Below, piece after piece: positions 13,801-27,700 of a DNA stretch of 64,000 nucleotides. A program made the position numbers and the translations under genes. The notes beneath the pieces were generated by a model, which saw only the letters and a list, made by a program, of their open reading frames with translations, was not told the origin of the DNA and searched no databases. Positions within the stretch are counted from its first letter, which is position 1; each line of letters opens with the position of its first letter. This DNA is from Azolla caroliniana. Lineage: Eukaryota; Plantae; Polypodiophyta. The stretch is taken from positions 2,418,001 through 2,482,000 of the forward strand of contig JBHGNT010000016.1 of the NCBI GenBank assembly GCA_043228905.1, written 5' to 3'.

Positions 13801-16800
13801 TTTGGAAAGCCTCCGCCATGCGTCTGATACGTTCCTGGGAAGTATTTTTATGCGAAAGTTTAAAAATTGTCATTAAAGTTTTCAATAGTGCAAAGATGGT
13901 AAAGAAAGAGTAAATTAAGATTCAACATTCACCAATCTCTCAAGCTCTTCCTTGTCAAAGAAACCATTTCGAAAGAGACGTGCCCAAGAATCATCAGGCC
14001 CTCCAGTATCTTTATGAAAATAGCCTTCTCTTTTCACAGTGCGAAACCCATCAGATGTCCAATATGTATACCGGTAAGTTCGTCTCCCATTAGTACCATT
14101 GTTGAAACCTTCACTACCACTACCACTTCCAGAAGCACTAGAATGGGAAGTTCCATTTCCAGGAGACCCACCAGCTCCACTTCTACCATAAGCCTTCAAT
14201 TAAAATGAGAAATATCTCTTCCCCCCTCTCTCTAAAAGGAAAGGAAAAAGAAAGAGAAACAGGCTTTACATTAACTGGACGTAGAGTCCTTCAAAATCGA
14301 TATATGGTCCTATTTCTGGAGAAACATAGGGAATTACAAAACCACACATGACTGCATTAGAAAATGCCTATATAAAACAATGCAAGATAGAAAACATGAA
14401 AGGTGCATCTAAATAGAAATAGCTGACCAAAATAAATGGTATGCAAAAGGAAAACGATGAAGTCCAAAACCTTGAAATACAAAACTCCTAAGAAAACCAG
14501 CCCATCCAAGAGAAGAAAAAAATAATAAAGGCAAACATCGACAGTGTCACCAGAACTGAACCAATAGAGGAACTGAAGGGTTGAACTGTGTTGAAATGCA
14601 AAAAGGAAAGAAGACGAGGAAAAAATTCTCCAGATACAATCGCTAGGAAGAACTCAGGGAAGAACCATGTTAAAGGATCATATATAGATAGATTGAGTAA
14701 TATTGTGTAGTCATGGATAGCTTTCAAAACATTTAAGCACTGTACAGACAGTTTTGCTAGAAAAAATGCTTAGATTGTAGTACCCAAGGTTAAGCATGGA
14801 AACCCCACACCAGATTGTGAAGAGGCAGTGTTGAGGGTCACAGGTCCCTGGGGTGAGTTGGACAGGGACCCCAGATGACCCTTTGGCATACCAACCCACA
14901 CCTGGAACAATTGCTTCCATGGGGTTTGCTCAAGGTTAATGGTAGCAATGGCTACGATCGGTGGACAAATGGGGCGACAGCCTCTGCCAGTTCTTCCACT
15001 AGGAGATACTTTTTAGCCATGTAAGTTGGGGGGAACAAGACCCCGAGATCCAGTGGGAAAGCCTTGGTATATTGCTATGATGGGTGCAGCCTAGCTTTGT
15101 GGCATACAGGGCAGCTTGCGATGAAGCAGCCTTATATCGAGCAGGAACAATGAGACCTATTGCACGGGAGGTCAGGCCCGTCCTGGGTCTTGTACATTTT
15201 GGAGGACTCTTTATGTTGGTCACATTATCTAGACGAATCCAAAGACAAAGTCAAGCATGACATATTGACTGTGGAGAATTAAGACAACACCCCCAAAAAG
15301 GAATGGTGTGACACACTCACACAGTGTAGGACACATTATTCAATTATGGTTTTTTTTAATTTTCATATAGTGTTTTAACAATAATTTGTGCTTGTGCCTA
15401 ATGGGCAAAGCAAGTGTTTTTGTGTAGGGAATTGTCGGTTTGTCTTGGTTCTTCTGTGCAAATGTGCTGTGCACAGGTGCCATCTGTTGGCTATCCAGTG
15501 TGGGATATATGAAGTCGGGACGTAAGACTGCCTAATGTTGCCTCCCTCTCCACTATAAAACCCCTTTTAGTGTGAGACTTGTGAATCGCACACTTATGTT
15601 GTGCATATTTGCCCATTCAATGACCTCATGCAACAACAAGAAAGAGATCAGAAGGCAAATTTACGCATATGCAAAAGAAAGAGTGTCCATTGTGCAAAGG
15701 AGTATGCGTCTTGATGGCACGAGAACATTGCGCAAAGGAATATGCATCTTGATGGCACGTGAACAAGAAGGTAAGACAATAACAAGAACAAGCTGAGAAG
15801 GAGCGGTTAAAGCAAGAAGTACGAGAAAGAAAATGGTGGCCCATATTGCTATCCCTAGCAATGAAGCTGCCACTACCACCACAAGAGTTGCCACTGGCAA
15901 TTCCCCTTGTGCACACACGCATTGCGCCAATGGTTAGATTTGTTGATTATCAGGTTTGAAAGATTTAAATCCAATAGATTTGCTAAATTTTGGACAGTTA
16001 GATCTAACCCAACGGTAGGTCTGAAACAGTCCCAACATGTTCCATGTGTTATTGACCCCTCCCCAGTCGATTCATGAGTTTTAGCAAGTATATTCTGATT
16101 GGTAGCTACTACTCTCAATTGCCAATACCTCGACAACACAATTGATTAGATTACCTGAAGAAAGCACAATACTTGGGTGTGATTGAAAGGACAGCAATGG
16201 TCGCCTGAGCAACTATCGGAATGGCTCCAATCCCTGGCCTCTGTGCCTTCCAAAGCATTCCATGTTTTACCAATTCCCTACAAGGCCCAAATCTAACCAT
16301 TGGGTTGAATCTACCTGTCCAATATTTTGCAGATCTATTGGTTCTACATCTTTCAGATTTGATGGACAAGAAGTTTGCCAGCTGGTGCAATGCCGATGTA
16401 CATAGGGGACAGAAATCGCTAAGGGTAACGCTTAAACTATTGTAATAGAAGTGGTTACAAGCTTAATGGTTATTATTCTTCCCTGAACATAGGTTTTTTT
16501 CTTAACATCTATGCTTTGTTATGTGTACCATCATTTTCATGCAGGTCTACATACTGCTTTGTGTGACTGACACTGTCTTTCATTTTAGTTTGTGGATTTT
16601 TATTCTTGCCTTCTAATTGCTCACTCTCTTTCTTGTTGTTGCATGCGGGCATCAAATGGGCACATATGCATGATGTGCTGTGTGATCCACAAGTCTCACA
16701 CCAAGGGAGATTGGGATATTAGTACGCCATCAGAAGAAGTGGAATCAGTAGGCATAGGAGAAATGTGCCACAATCATCATCTGCATACATACATCGAATT

Positions 16801-19499
16801 GTTGATCATGTTCGCCAAGTGTAACCACTCACGGGTTGTAATAGCTTCGTCTGCACCCAATGATGTCCAATGCATTGAATTGTTGATAATGGTCGCCAAG
16901 TGGTAACCACTCATGGGTTGTAACAGCTTTGTCTGCACCCAATGATGTCCAATACACACGTGTACTCCCTTGCACCCACTTAACCATGTCTCATTTACGT
17001 TCTTTGGGACAAAACAATAATGATACAAGAACATGGGATCAATCAAATGAGAATAAGAAGAATGAAGGAGTGAATAATGGCAAACAAAATCAATCATATG
17101 CACTAGTTCACCTTCATTTAATAAATTCAATGGAGGATAAACTACCTCTCAACTCCACAATACTAAAATCACTCTAAATTAGAGTATTTTCCCTCTTACT
17201 TTCAAAAACACACACAAAGATTTCTAAATTGACCTCACTAAGGCATTTTTATAGAGGGGAGGCTACATTTGATACTCTCATTTTACCCCTCTATTCCTTC
17301 TGAGCATATCTCACCATTTCACACCTGAAAGTGTCCTTAACTTTTGACTACTTACATATGATTTTGTGACTTTACATGCTACCCACCAATGGCGACCATG
17401 TTGCCACTTTAGACATAACCCAATTTCTTACATTTATAGAAAGCATTGGTTGTGCCATGACAACTACATTGTCACAATGGTTACCAAGGTGTTGTAGATA
17501 TCAAATGATGTGTTTAAATGATTTACGTAAATGTTTTTTTCGTGAATCTATGCATTGCATTATGGAAAATGATGATTATCTAAGAGATCAATCCACTAGC
17601 GAGGTATATTCCATGTAGAGGTTCTTTAAAATAGTAAAAAACTAAGCAATATTGAAGGGGAAAGTTTTTCCTCAAAATGGAGAAAAAATTATAATACAGC
17701 AATAGGACTATTTAGAGTGTTTAATAAGCAAGTTTTAAGGATGCAGCAACTACACGTAATGGTAAAATGTACATGAGCATAATGTAGAGAAAAATGTGCA
17801 TATCTAATAATTATCAGAAACGACTAAGTTAATTCGTCCATCAGAACTCCCCTCACTTCTGTACGCATTTTTATCATTATTTATCAAATCATCATCCTTT
17901 CCCATTCTTTCTTTAGCACTCGTAGTTGTGATTCTGTGAGGTCATGTATTAATGTACTTTGGATTAGACTCTGAAATGCTAGAAGCAAAATCCTGAAATT
18001 TCTTGCCTTTCAATGATCTTTATTATTTATTTTGCGAGCTGGCCTTTACATGCATATGAAAAGCTAATGCAAATGTAATCTAGTAAAAGAGATGAAGAAA
18101 ACCTGTCGAGCCATCCGTTCATAATCTTGAAAACGACGTCTAAGGGAAAGGATATGTCCTACCTGCAAGGAGAATATACACCTCTTAGACACTCAACAAA
18201 TGGAAAAAGAAAAGATGCTATAAAACACGTGGATTATTCAAATTCATTTGAAAAGACTCACTTAATGTAACTATCATAATGTTTATAATCGTAAAGGAAT
18301 TACATGTTTACTTGCATTGAAGGATGACAGCATTTTGCTATTCTTAATTGAAGTGAAATAGAGCAGTTCATTCTCAAAATTGTAATTGAATTTACCTTTC
18401 AAAGTCTGATGAGAATCAAACATTGATAGACACTAAAATTTTCAAATGCAATGCATCAAGTATCCTGTGATAGTCTTTAGTTACCACTTGAACCAAAGAT
18501 CCTGCCCTCTAAAGGTGGATAAAAATGCATGCTTTATCTCAACGAAAGCTAAAATTTCGCAATGCTTAACAAGGGAAAAAGTTTATAAACAATGGTGATC
18601 ATCACATAGTCCCATCTCAAAGCCTATAAATATATAAATGTTTTTGCGGGAACTCTAAAACTTGCTCACAAAAAGATAATATTTTAAAATTAAATAAATA
18701 AATTTGTGCATGAAATCCTACTAAATTATTAACTATTCTTGCACCTCGCAGTACATAAATACTTCTATATTTGCAGGAAACCTAAACTATCAACCCAACT
18801 ATATTATCTTGGTTGTCCAGTCCTCCCACGGCCCAAAGTATATAAATATGTTCTCTATTTGCATAAAAACATATACGTGCTCTATTTGCATGAGAACATA
18901 TGCATGCTCTATTTACATAAAAACATATGTATGCTCTATTTGCATAAAGACATATGCATGCTCTATTCGCATAAAACTATATACATGATCCATTTGCATA
19001 TACCATATACAAGATGATCTATTCACATAAAAACATATACAATATCTATTTGCATACAGCGTATACCAGGTGCTCTATTTTCACACAACATGCAATACGC
19101 CATCTATTTGAGTGCACCATATGACTATACTCCACTTTCCTATAACATATACAAGATACTGTCTTTCAATACAATGTATACAGTAAGCTCTATTTTCACA
19201 ACAAACATAATCCATACAAACAAATATGAAGTTTCAGCGCTGGAAAGCAAAAGCAATCAGGAAACTGATAAAATGAATTGCACGCATATATATGACCGAT
19301 CAACAATAAAGGAATGCTAAAAAAAAAAGGAAGGACGAAACTTTACAGCAAGAGCAGTCATGAAAGTTGCGATGAAAGGCCAGACAATGGACCTTCTATG
19401 ATTCTTTTCATGCTCCCATTCGTCTTCTTCTGCTGTGGCTGCGGCTGCGGTTCCATTGCTACGGATGTCGTTCCACTCTTCTTCTTCTCCACCAGGCAT
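10885..19499 (-). CDS. C-terminal J-domain (DnaJ) protein with N-terminal hydrophobic segment, about 290 aa; exons 19499-19347, 18162-18103, 14193-13933, 13834-13590, 13484-13448, 11861-11804, 10943-10885
   Basis: All introns are GT-AG with consistent phases (873 nt in total). The J-domain reads [52 protein letters not shown] with the HPD motif. Confidence 0.85.
10930..11232. repeat. About 160-bp tandem duplication spanning the last splice acceptor of the DnaJ gene
   Basis: cctcagcaaaatc...gaaaacagttgtcttta...aatttgggtcaagttgtcactct occurs twice. The second copy lacks the AG acceptor. Confidence 0.7.
15551..16723. mobile_element. Foldback / non-autonomous DNA transposon relic (possibly CACTA) in DnaJ intron 2
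   Basis: 15570-15650 is an inverted match of 16625-16702, and 15970-16020 of 16290-16345. The left end starts CACTA; the right end is only TAGTA and no clean TSD is seen. Confidence 0.5.
18840..19090. repeat. About 27-30-bp minisatellite
   Basis: Repeated gctctatttgcataaaaacatat(g/a)cat units. Confidence 0.75.
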
Positions 19500-19597
19500 A
19501 GCATGGACACCGATGGAAAGGCAAGAGCGAAGAAGAAGAAGAAGAAGAAAACGATGGTTAGAAGAGGCAGAGATCGCTGGAAGAATTCGTCTGCAGA

Positions 19598-20040
19598 AGA
19601 CGATGGCGATGGCGATGGCAAAAGCGCGAGGGTTCTAGCTTTTGCGGCTTTTACAGAACTATGTGCATAATGAATGAATGCATGGTTTTCGATATATTCC
19701 CGAAATACCCCTCACAGACGATGGCGATGGTAAAAGCTTTGGTTCTAATTTTTTCGAATTTTACAGAGCTATGCCCCTAATGAATGAATGTTTTTGATAT
19801 ATTCCGGAAATACCCTCCCAGACGATGGCAATAGTAAAAGCTTTTGGTTCTAATTTTTTCGGATTTTACAGAATTATGCCACTAATGAATGAATGCTTTT
19901 CGATATATTCCCGAAATACCTCCCAGACGATGGCAATGGTAAAAGCTTTTGGTTCTAATTTTTTCGGATTTTACAAAACTATGCCACTAATGAATGAATG
20001 AATGCACACATGCTTTTTGATATATTCCCGAAATACCCCT
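19598..20040. repeat. About 104-bp tandem repeat x4 upstream of the DnaJ gene
   Basis: agacgatggc..aaaagc..ttctaattttttcg..taatgaatgaatg..gatatattcccgaaataccc; units start near 19598, 19717, 19820 and 19925. Confidence 0.85.
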
Positions 20041-20297
20041 CGTGTATTTCCAATCTACCAAAAAAACAAGACGACATACTTAGATGGTATCTCTTGTTTG
20101 GTCTTGAAGGCCATTTTGGCCTTTTAATGAACTATATCTTTTTATTTATTTGTTTCTAAAATTAGCTTACCCTATTGGTAAGTTAGTGGTAAGTTGTTAG
20201 ACTACTAATCCTAGAGATTGTGGATTCAAGGCCCAACTTTTACACTTCTCGGTTACACCAAACATACTTTCCTCTCTCTCCCTCTCCCTCTCCCTCT

Positions 20298-20339
<42 letters not shown>

Positions 20340-20341
<2 letters not shown>

Positions 20342-23300
20342 CTCATTTTGTGGTCTTCATCCTCCATCAATCAACAATGTCAAGAGTAGCAATATCACAA
20401 TATAATGGCCCAATTGAATATGTTCTTCTAAGGAGCAAGAAAAGAAAACATATCCCATCTAAAATGTGTAGATGCTAATACCAAAGGCAAACAACCAAGT
20501 GAGGATGCCAAGAATAGTAAATGGCAAGACCATAAATCCAACATATTGGGACACCTACAAGGAAATGACAAGATGAACCCAACCGCATCATCTCACCCCC
20601 TTGCGATTTAAGATACGTTCATGATATTAAATGCCACCTCCACACAGTCTTGTCGAATCACAAGATCAAGGATGATATCCATCCAAGTAAACTTTGACGC
20701 GAAGAATTCAAGGCCACGTAAAAATTCTTTCCACAATCAAGTGTCACATGCACCTAGAAGCCCGTTTTATGTGGGGGAAAGTCCTCACTCGCAAGGATCA
20801 AGCAATATTTATCACCATTTGTTACTTCCTCCCGAAAGGATCCCGGTATAATATGGCTAGAGAGGCTAGTATAGTTGATGAAGGAGCACCACATGGGCCT
20901 TCTCCATACGAACCTTTATCGGATGACATAATCCAATATTCTTCTCAAGGGGAAGTCTTCCTTGTAGGAGATTTCAATGCGAGAACCCAATCCCGACAAT
21001 GCACATTATTTCAGATGGATAAAAACCTAGAAATGGTGAATGTCGACCCTTTAGCCATAGGCATCACACGTAGATCAAAAGATCGAGGTGTGGATGCCAC
21101 AAGCTTTGGACATCATCTGCTTGACCTTGGAAGTCGACACCAAATGATCACATATAATGGTTTAGCCAAATGGCCGGGTTCGGAAGAGCTCACATGTTTC
21201 CCACATGGAGGAGGGGAAAACACAGTTGACTACCTAATAGGACGCTTTGAACCTAACCCACATGATTAACTCCTTCCGGGTGGCCCCATGCCCTATTGGT
21301 GTAGACCATAACTTCCTATACTTTGAGCTAAAATGTGACACCTCCACTACCACCAACTCTAGTCACCAAACCATCACACCACAATACATTTCACACATGA
21401 GCTCTCTGACATCTACTCCCGACATGTTCAAGCCCATCTCTCCTCTCTTGATTCTTCCCTTCCTTTAGAGAACCTCACAATAGAACTCACACACATCCTT
21501 CACTCAACAGCCATTAGTAGCTTCCCATACACGAAACACTCCAATCACAGTAAAATAGGGTCAATTCCACAGAATAGGTGGTATGATGAGGATTGTAGAG
21601 ACTTGTATAGACAACTTAGAGTGTCGTGACATAGTAGTATTATTTCCTCAATACAAGCTCACAAAGAGATGCACAAGATGACACGTCGTAAAAGACGAAC
21701 TTGGGAAGCATCTCAATATTGGGAACTCTACCACATGCTCATGATTAGGGAATGTGCCCTTGCATGGAAGCAACTACGGGAATCGAGATCACAAACACAC
21801 ATCAAGGATCCCAACACTTGGCACACATATACAAAGAGACTCTACCATGTCTCGAACCAACCACCCATTCTGATGCCTTCCACACCTCGACCTACCACGG
21901 GGACACTTTTTACGACCTCTAGGGTCATGAAGGTCATAAAAAAATTACAACATAGGAAGTCCATGGACCACACAGGCTTGCGAGCCGAACACATCATATA
22001 TGCTCGAGAGTGCCAAGAGACTTTTCTCAAGTGCTCTAATCTTCAATCGTGCCCTTGCCGAGGGTTTTCCATCACAATGGACCATGAACACTAGCCCCTA
22101 TACATAAAGGAGGGGACCCAGTGAACCCAAATACATATAGGACCATTATGATAGGTCATACGCTCGCTAAACTATATGGTGCAGTAATGGAAGCAGAGTT
22201 CAGCGATTATATGGAGACCTTAAGCCTTTGAACACCTGAGCAAGTTGGCTTTACCTTCTCCACTATTGACCATATCTTCACACTTAGATACTTAATTGAC
22301 CAGACAAAGGCTCGCAAGAAGAAACTGTATTGTTGCTTTGTGAACTTCCGCAAAGCCTTTGACACAGTTCCTAGGAAGCGGTTGTTTGATAGGCTTAGAA
22401 GCTTGGAGATACCAAATGACATGATTTGTGCCATCTATGCTCTATATGAGCAAGTCTCTGGGTGTGTCACATGCCCATGTGGGCTCTCTGTTGGGATCTA
22501 CATTGATGAGATCACTAATTTTATTGTTCGTAAGAGAGGCAACATAGTAGCCATTGGGGGCACGCAAGTTAGTCTCTTACTCTATGCTGACGACATAGTT
22601 TTGCTCTCGGAGTCTAAACATGACCTACAAAAGCACCTTATTGTCCTAGATGACTTTTGCACACAACGAAGATTGGTAGTGAATCTAACGAAAACTAAAG
22701 CCCTTATCTTTCACACATCGTCTTGAGCTAGGAGTAAGTGTCACCCACTCCTCTCTCATAAACCAGTTGAGGTAGTTGGATCATATGTATGTCTAGGAGT
22801 CACTTTTAGTGCTCGTTCAGGTAAATTCTTGATGACCCAGGCAGCCAAAGATAGGCTAACGAGAGGGTGTGCATCCCTCTCACTCTTAGAGAAACAATGC
22901 CACCAAGCATACTTTTAAGAGCCATAGACTAAGTAATGGCTCTTCGACTCATTAGTGACCCCTTCACTCATGTATGCATCAGTAGTATGGGCTCCAGGTC
23001 TACCATCCTTCATGTGAACGCAATTAGAGAGACCTTTGGTGAGGATATCACGTCAACCCCGAAGCAAATCGACCATACCACATGACATTATTAGAGCAGA
23101 GTTCAGTCTGCCCCCAATGTTAGTAGAAGCACTCTTCTAATTCGTAGTTTTTATTCATAAGATACATAGCCAACCACAAGATAGGATACCCCGTCAAGCT
23201 TTTGCGGAATCCCGATCCCGATATGAGTTCGGAGAGAGTAGCTCTTGGTATAGCATTGTAGTGCGTTGGTTACTTGCAAATGGCATGGACATTAATAACC

Positions 23301-23663
23301 CACCTCCCCTTAAGTACAACCATGGGACTGATCAAACTTCTAATTTTTCTCATTAGGATCGTAATAAAGTAATACGCCAAGAAATATGGCAAATTTATAC
23401 ACGATATAAATGGATCACTCCACGAGAGCCACTCCCATCTAAAATGTTGTACTATAAGGAATACTTCATGCACTTCTCTCAGCTAGGTTTTATTACATGA
23501 CCAAAATATCTAGATACATCCTTGTCAAATGCACTAAGGCTGGCCATTGGACAACTTAGGATATCATCTCACCAACTTGAGATTTAGAATGGTCGTACTA
23601 ATGGATTCCCTAGAGGGGAAAGGCTATGTAGGTTATGTCACATAGAGATAAAGGATGAGTATC
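20340..23663 (+). mobile_element. Degenerate LINE (RTEX-like), 5' part: AP endonuclease and RT
   Basis: GDFNART, TVDY and DHN (APE); YRTIMI, FRKAFDTVPR and LLYADDIVLL (RT); LRISSHQLEI..GR..ERLCRLC (C-terminal Zn region). Many stops and frameshifts. The 5' limit is approximate. Confidence 0.85.
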
Positions 23664-24709
23664 AACACGTTCGCGTTCACAAGTGGAAGGATTGCGCATT
23701 CCACTTGTAGAATCTTCTTAAAACTAAGCAAATACACCCTCTCTACAAAAATTGGATGCACTAGTATCACATGTTCCTCAACTTGATGAGAATTTGCAAA
23801 TATAAAAATACATGATAGATCTACGAGTGGAGATCATTAGAAATCATGCAAGTTTAGACACGTTGATAAGTTAATGTAGGCATAATAAAGTTCAACTATG
23901 GCTCAATATGTCACTATTGTGCGACAAGGGAAACACTAACTTAAAGACTTATATTAATTAGGTAAGTTTTACAAAAATATCAGGTGTACTTGTATCCATA
24001 CTAATAAAATGAGTTATAATTTATACTTTGACCCATACGTGCATGTATGTAATTGTGGAAAATGTAGGATAGTGCACATTAGGATAAGTGATTGGAATAA
24101 CTAACTTATTAAAGTATTCAATACTTGTATTTAAAGTTGATCTAATCTATTCCTCAGTTTGTTCATATGGGATCAAACCATATGTATATAATTGTGGACA
24201 ATGTAAGGCAATGAACTTTAGGATAATGTCGTGGAAATAACAAACCTATTAGGCTTTCATACCTGTATTTAAAATTGATCTACTCTATTGCTTAGGCGAT
24301 TCACACAGGATCAAACTCCGAACGATAACGCAACTGGAACCATTATCAACACACTACACAATCTAAGCAGCAATGGAATAGAAACATAATAGTTTTAACA
24401 ATAGAAGACAAAGATCCATAATAACAACATGTACAGTCATGGCAACAATTATAGGGCTGTGTTCTGTTAAGGTTAGCTTGGACCAAAATCAACCTCAATT
24501 TAAACTAATTCATGTTTCTCCATAAATTTGGTAGTCAGCTATGCATGCGGTGAAACCAATGTCATAAATCTACTAACCAAGTATATAAAAATAAAATTGA
24601 AACATATAGAAGATTATAAAGAATAGAATCCACTAGGTAAAACCCAAAATTTGTATTAATAATGTGAAATCCTAACAAATCGTCAGTGTCATTTTCTTCA
24701 TAGAGTCTA

Positions 24710-27700
24710 TTACATAGCAATCAATTCATCAACGTCATTTTCTTCATCATCTTGTGTAGAACTGTCTTCGGCTATACGTGCATTGGTTTCCCCTGTTAGT
24801 CGAGCCAACGAAATATCTTCTATAAGCTCATCATCAAGCTCTATTAGCTCCCCCGGTTTGCCGGCTAACGGAGGAATAGGCTCTCGCGAAGCAGGTTGAA
24901 ACCTTTCTGTATTAGCGAGGTTCTTTGCACCGACCTCCTCATCCTGGTCTGGGCACTCCCACAAAGCCTTAATCCGCATATTAATAAATATAACTTGGTC
25001 CTCGTCCTTCTCCAATGCAACTGTATTTCTAAAAAGCTTCAATGCACATGTAGACGTCGTTCCTGTGATGTAAGTAACAAGAAGATTTAGTTGTCAAATG
25101 AAAAAAAAAGGGATTGGTTATCTCAAGATCGTTACCCTAGTTCGAGGAATACCTGTGCCAGAAAAGAGATCTAATATCCAGTCTCCTTCGACAGAAAACA
25201 TCTCGATCAAGCGCATCATAAGTCGTTGAGGTTTTTGGTATGGGTTGACAAGTCCCCGTTCTGTCGTGGTGACATGTCGCAATTTCCGTGTCACTGTTGG
25301 ATATACCAACAGATTTGAACCTCCCACTTCATTAGAATGCTCCTTGATTCTCTGTTTCTTAATTTCATCGAAGTAGCCAACCGTTATGTATTCAATGGCA
25401 TTAACGAATCGAAAAGTTGGCCCTCTATTTACATTGGTCTTGATCCTATAAAAAATAATACATCGAGTTAAGAATAGATTGAACAACCTTAAGAAATGCA
25501 ATATAGTGAAAGACACCTATAAATAATCCTTACCATGCAAGGTTCTCGATGCCATGGCAACAAGATCTCAAAGCTTGAGCTACCGAGTACCCTTGGTCCA
25601 TACTATGAAAGACAACTATTCGCCACAAGGATGCAGTCGTTAGCTCAACGAAATCCTTAACCATCTTCTCCAATTGTTTAAACCTAAACGGTTCATCGTC
25701 ATATGATGACCCAGCCATTCGAATTCCGTAAGGAATATCCGCAATCATTAGCGTATATTCCTTCTTTGGCACCTTTTGGATCAAGTCGACGACATCACCG
25801 CAAACCACATTGTAGTAAAGATCTCTCGTAATATCTTTTTTGTGGCTAAATTTTTTAAAGGAGCCATCTTCCTCCATTTCGTACGCCTTGACTAAGCGAC
25901 GATCCTTTTCTTTTCTGGCTCGCTCGAGATGTGCAAGGAAGGATGTAGGGAAATCGTGTATATCCTTAACTTCTCCTTGTTTCTTGCCTCGACACGGTTT
26001 CTAATAGAAGCAATAGGACATCAGGTATTATTATACAAGCTCTACATATGATGAAAGGGTAATGAAAAACCATCAATACTAACCCAATCCTTGAATGCAA
26101 TAAAATACTCTGATAACGCCTTATATGAAGACGTTAGAGGATAATCCTCGGTCACTTGTTCCCAAGTTATACATCCAAGTTGTTTCATCATAACTTCTTG
26201 GATCTTCATGTACACCTTATGACTGTAAAATTAGAAATCAAGATTAGAACTTTGAATTACACAAGATAGACTACAATTTCAGTATTTGAAAGACTTACTT
26301 ATTGAACTCAGTGACCATTTCTTCAAGGCTTAAATCTTTCGCCACAACCCTTGACAAAACAGACACAAGAAGCTGCTCATCCTTAATACCTTGTATCGCT
26401 CTCCACAGAGACAGCTTCATGTCGTCTGCTGCTTCTTCGATTGTCAAGTCAATTTTCTTGGCGGCTTGTGACTTTAACTCTAGTTGAGGGTCAACCTTAC
26501 ATTTCTTTTGTCGTTTACCCTTTACCTCCTTATTCTCCCACATTGAGAATATTTGATCTTGTAGGTCCCATACTTCTCCATCTCTAAACGCCAATTGAAA
26601 CCAAGACTCATATTTTCGAAGACCATTGGACTTAACATTATCATCTACCACAATGCCGACTTCATGCAGACATTGACGTCGTAGGCCTGGATGTAACTTC
26701 ACACCAAACTTTTGTTTCACGTCTAAATACTCGTGGTGGAAGAACCGTATACGCTCAATGGACGACATTTTCTGCCCATAGTCATTATCATTATTATGGT
26801 CCCATGCCAACAGCTTAGCCTCTTCGGTTGTGAGCCCAACATAAATTTTGCACTCGGCATACTTGAAGAAGAAAGTCGTTGGATGTTCTCTCACAAGTTG
26901 CCGACGTGCCTCTGCTGAATGCGATCCACCAATGACAAAATAATTATATTGATCATGCTTTCTAATATCAAAATCTTCAATGGTTTCACATTCTTCAGGA
27001 TCTACCATAACAATAAAAGGCACCACAGTGGCATGAGGATTAATTTTCATTTTTTTCTTGAGATTTTGAACATGCATGCGGTGTGGCTCTCTAATCTCAA
27101 GTGGTCGTCGACCTGTTTTTTCATCAATAGGGGGCCGATGGATGTGTGTTATAGGCAAATTAAACACTTGCCCTTTCCTGACCAGTTTCCGTTGTATTAA
27201 CTCTCTCCTTATCTTATTCTGCTCGGATGACAAAACACCCGATGCCAGCTCAGCTCCTGGCGTCCCCTTATTATCCTCCTCTTCGTTTTCACTTGTTGAA
27301 TCGGTGTCCGACATTTTGGTTGTCTTCTTCTTTGGTGGTCTTGACTGGACTTTGGATACCCTTTTTGTGGCCTTCAATGGGGAGGGCACTTCATCTCTTA
27401 GAGTTACATGGCCTTGTATATAAGGCCTCAAGGTAACAATAAGGTTTTGTGAGCTTTCAAGATCTTTTTTGAACTCTTCTGGCCCACAAGATTCCTTTAC
27501 TAAAAGGTCTTCTGAAAGGAACACTTTACATACCCCCTTGGAGCACTCTATCATTACCAGTATGTTGGTCGAATCTACATCTTCGTAGTCAAATCGTAGA
27601 ATACGGCCATACATAAATGGGGTTTCCTTTCCAAGCTGCCCCTCCCCCTTCTTCTTTGCTGTATACAATACGACTTTTTTCTTTGAATCGACATATTGCA

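Noticed and set aside
19358-19621. Alternative DnaJ first exon (MPSPSPSS...)
   Set aside because: This frame stops at 19358, before the donor site. The frame from ATG 19499 splices in phase to exon 2.
19680-20040. Canonical heat-shock elements
   Set aside because: Only two-unit nTTCnnGAAn matches are present, with no perfect three-unit element.
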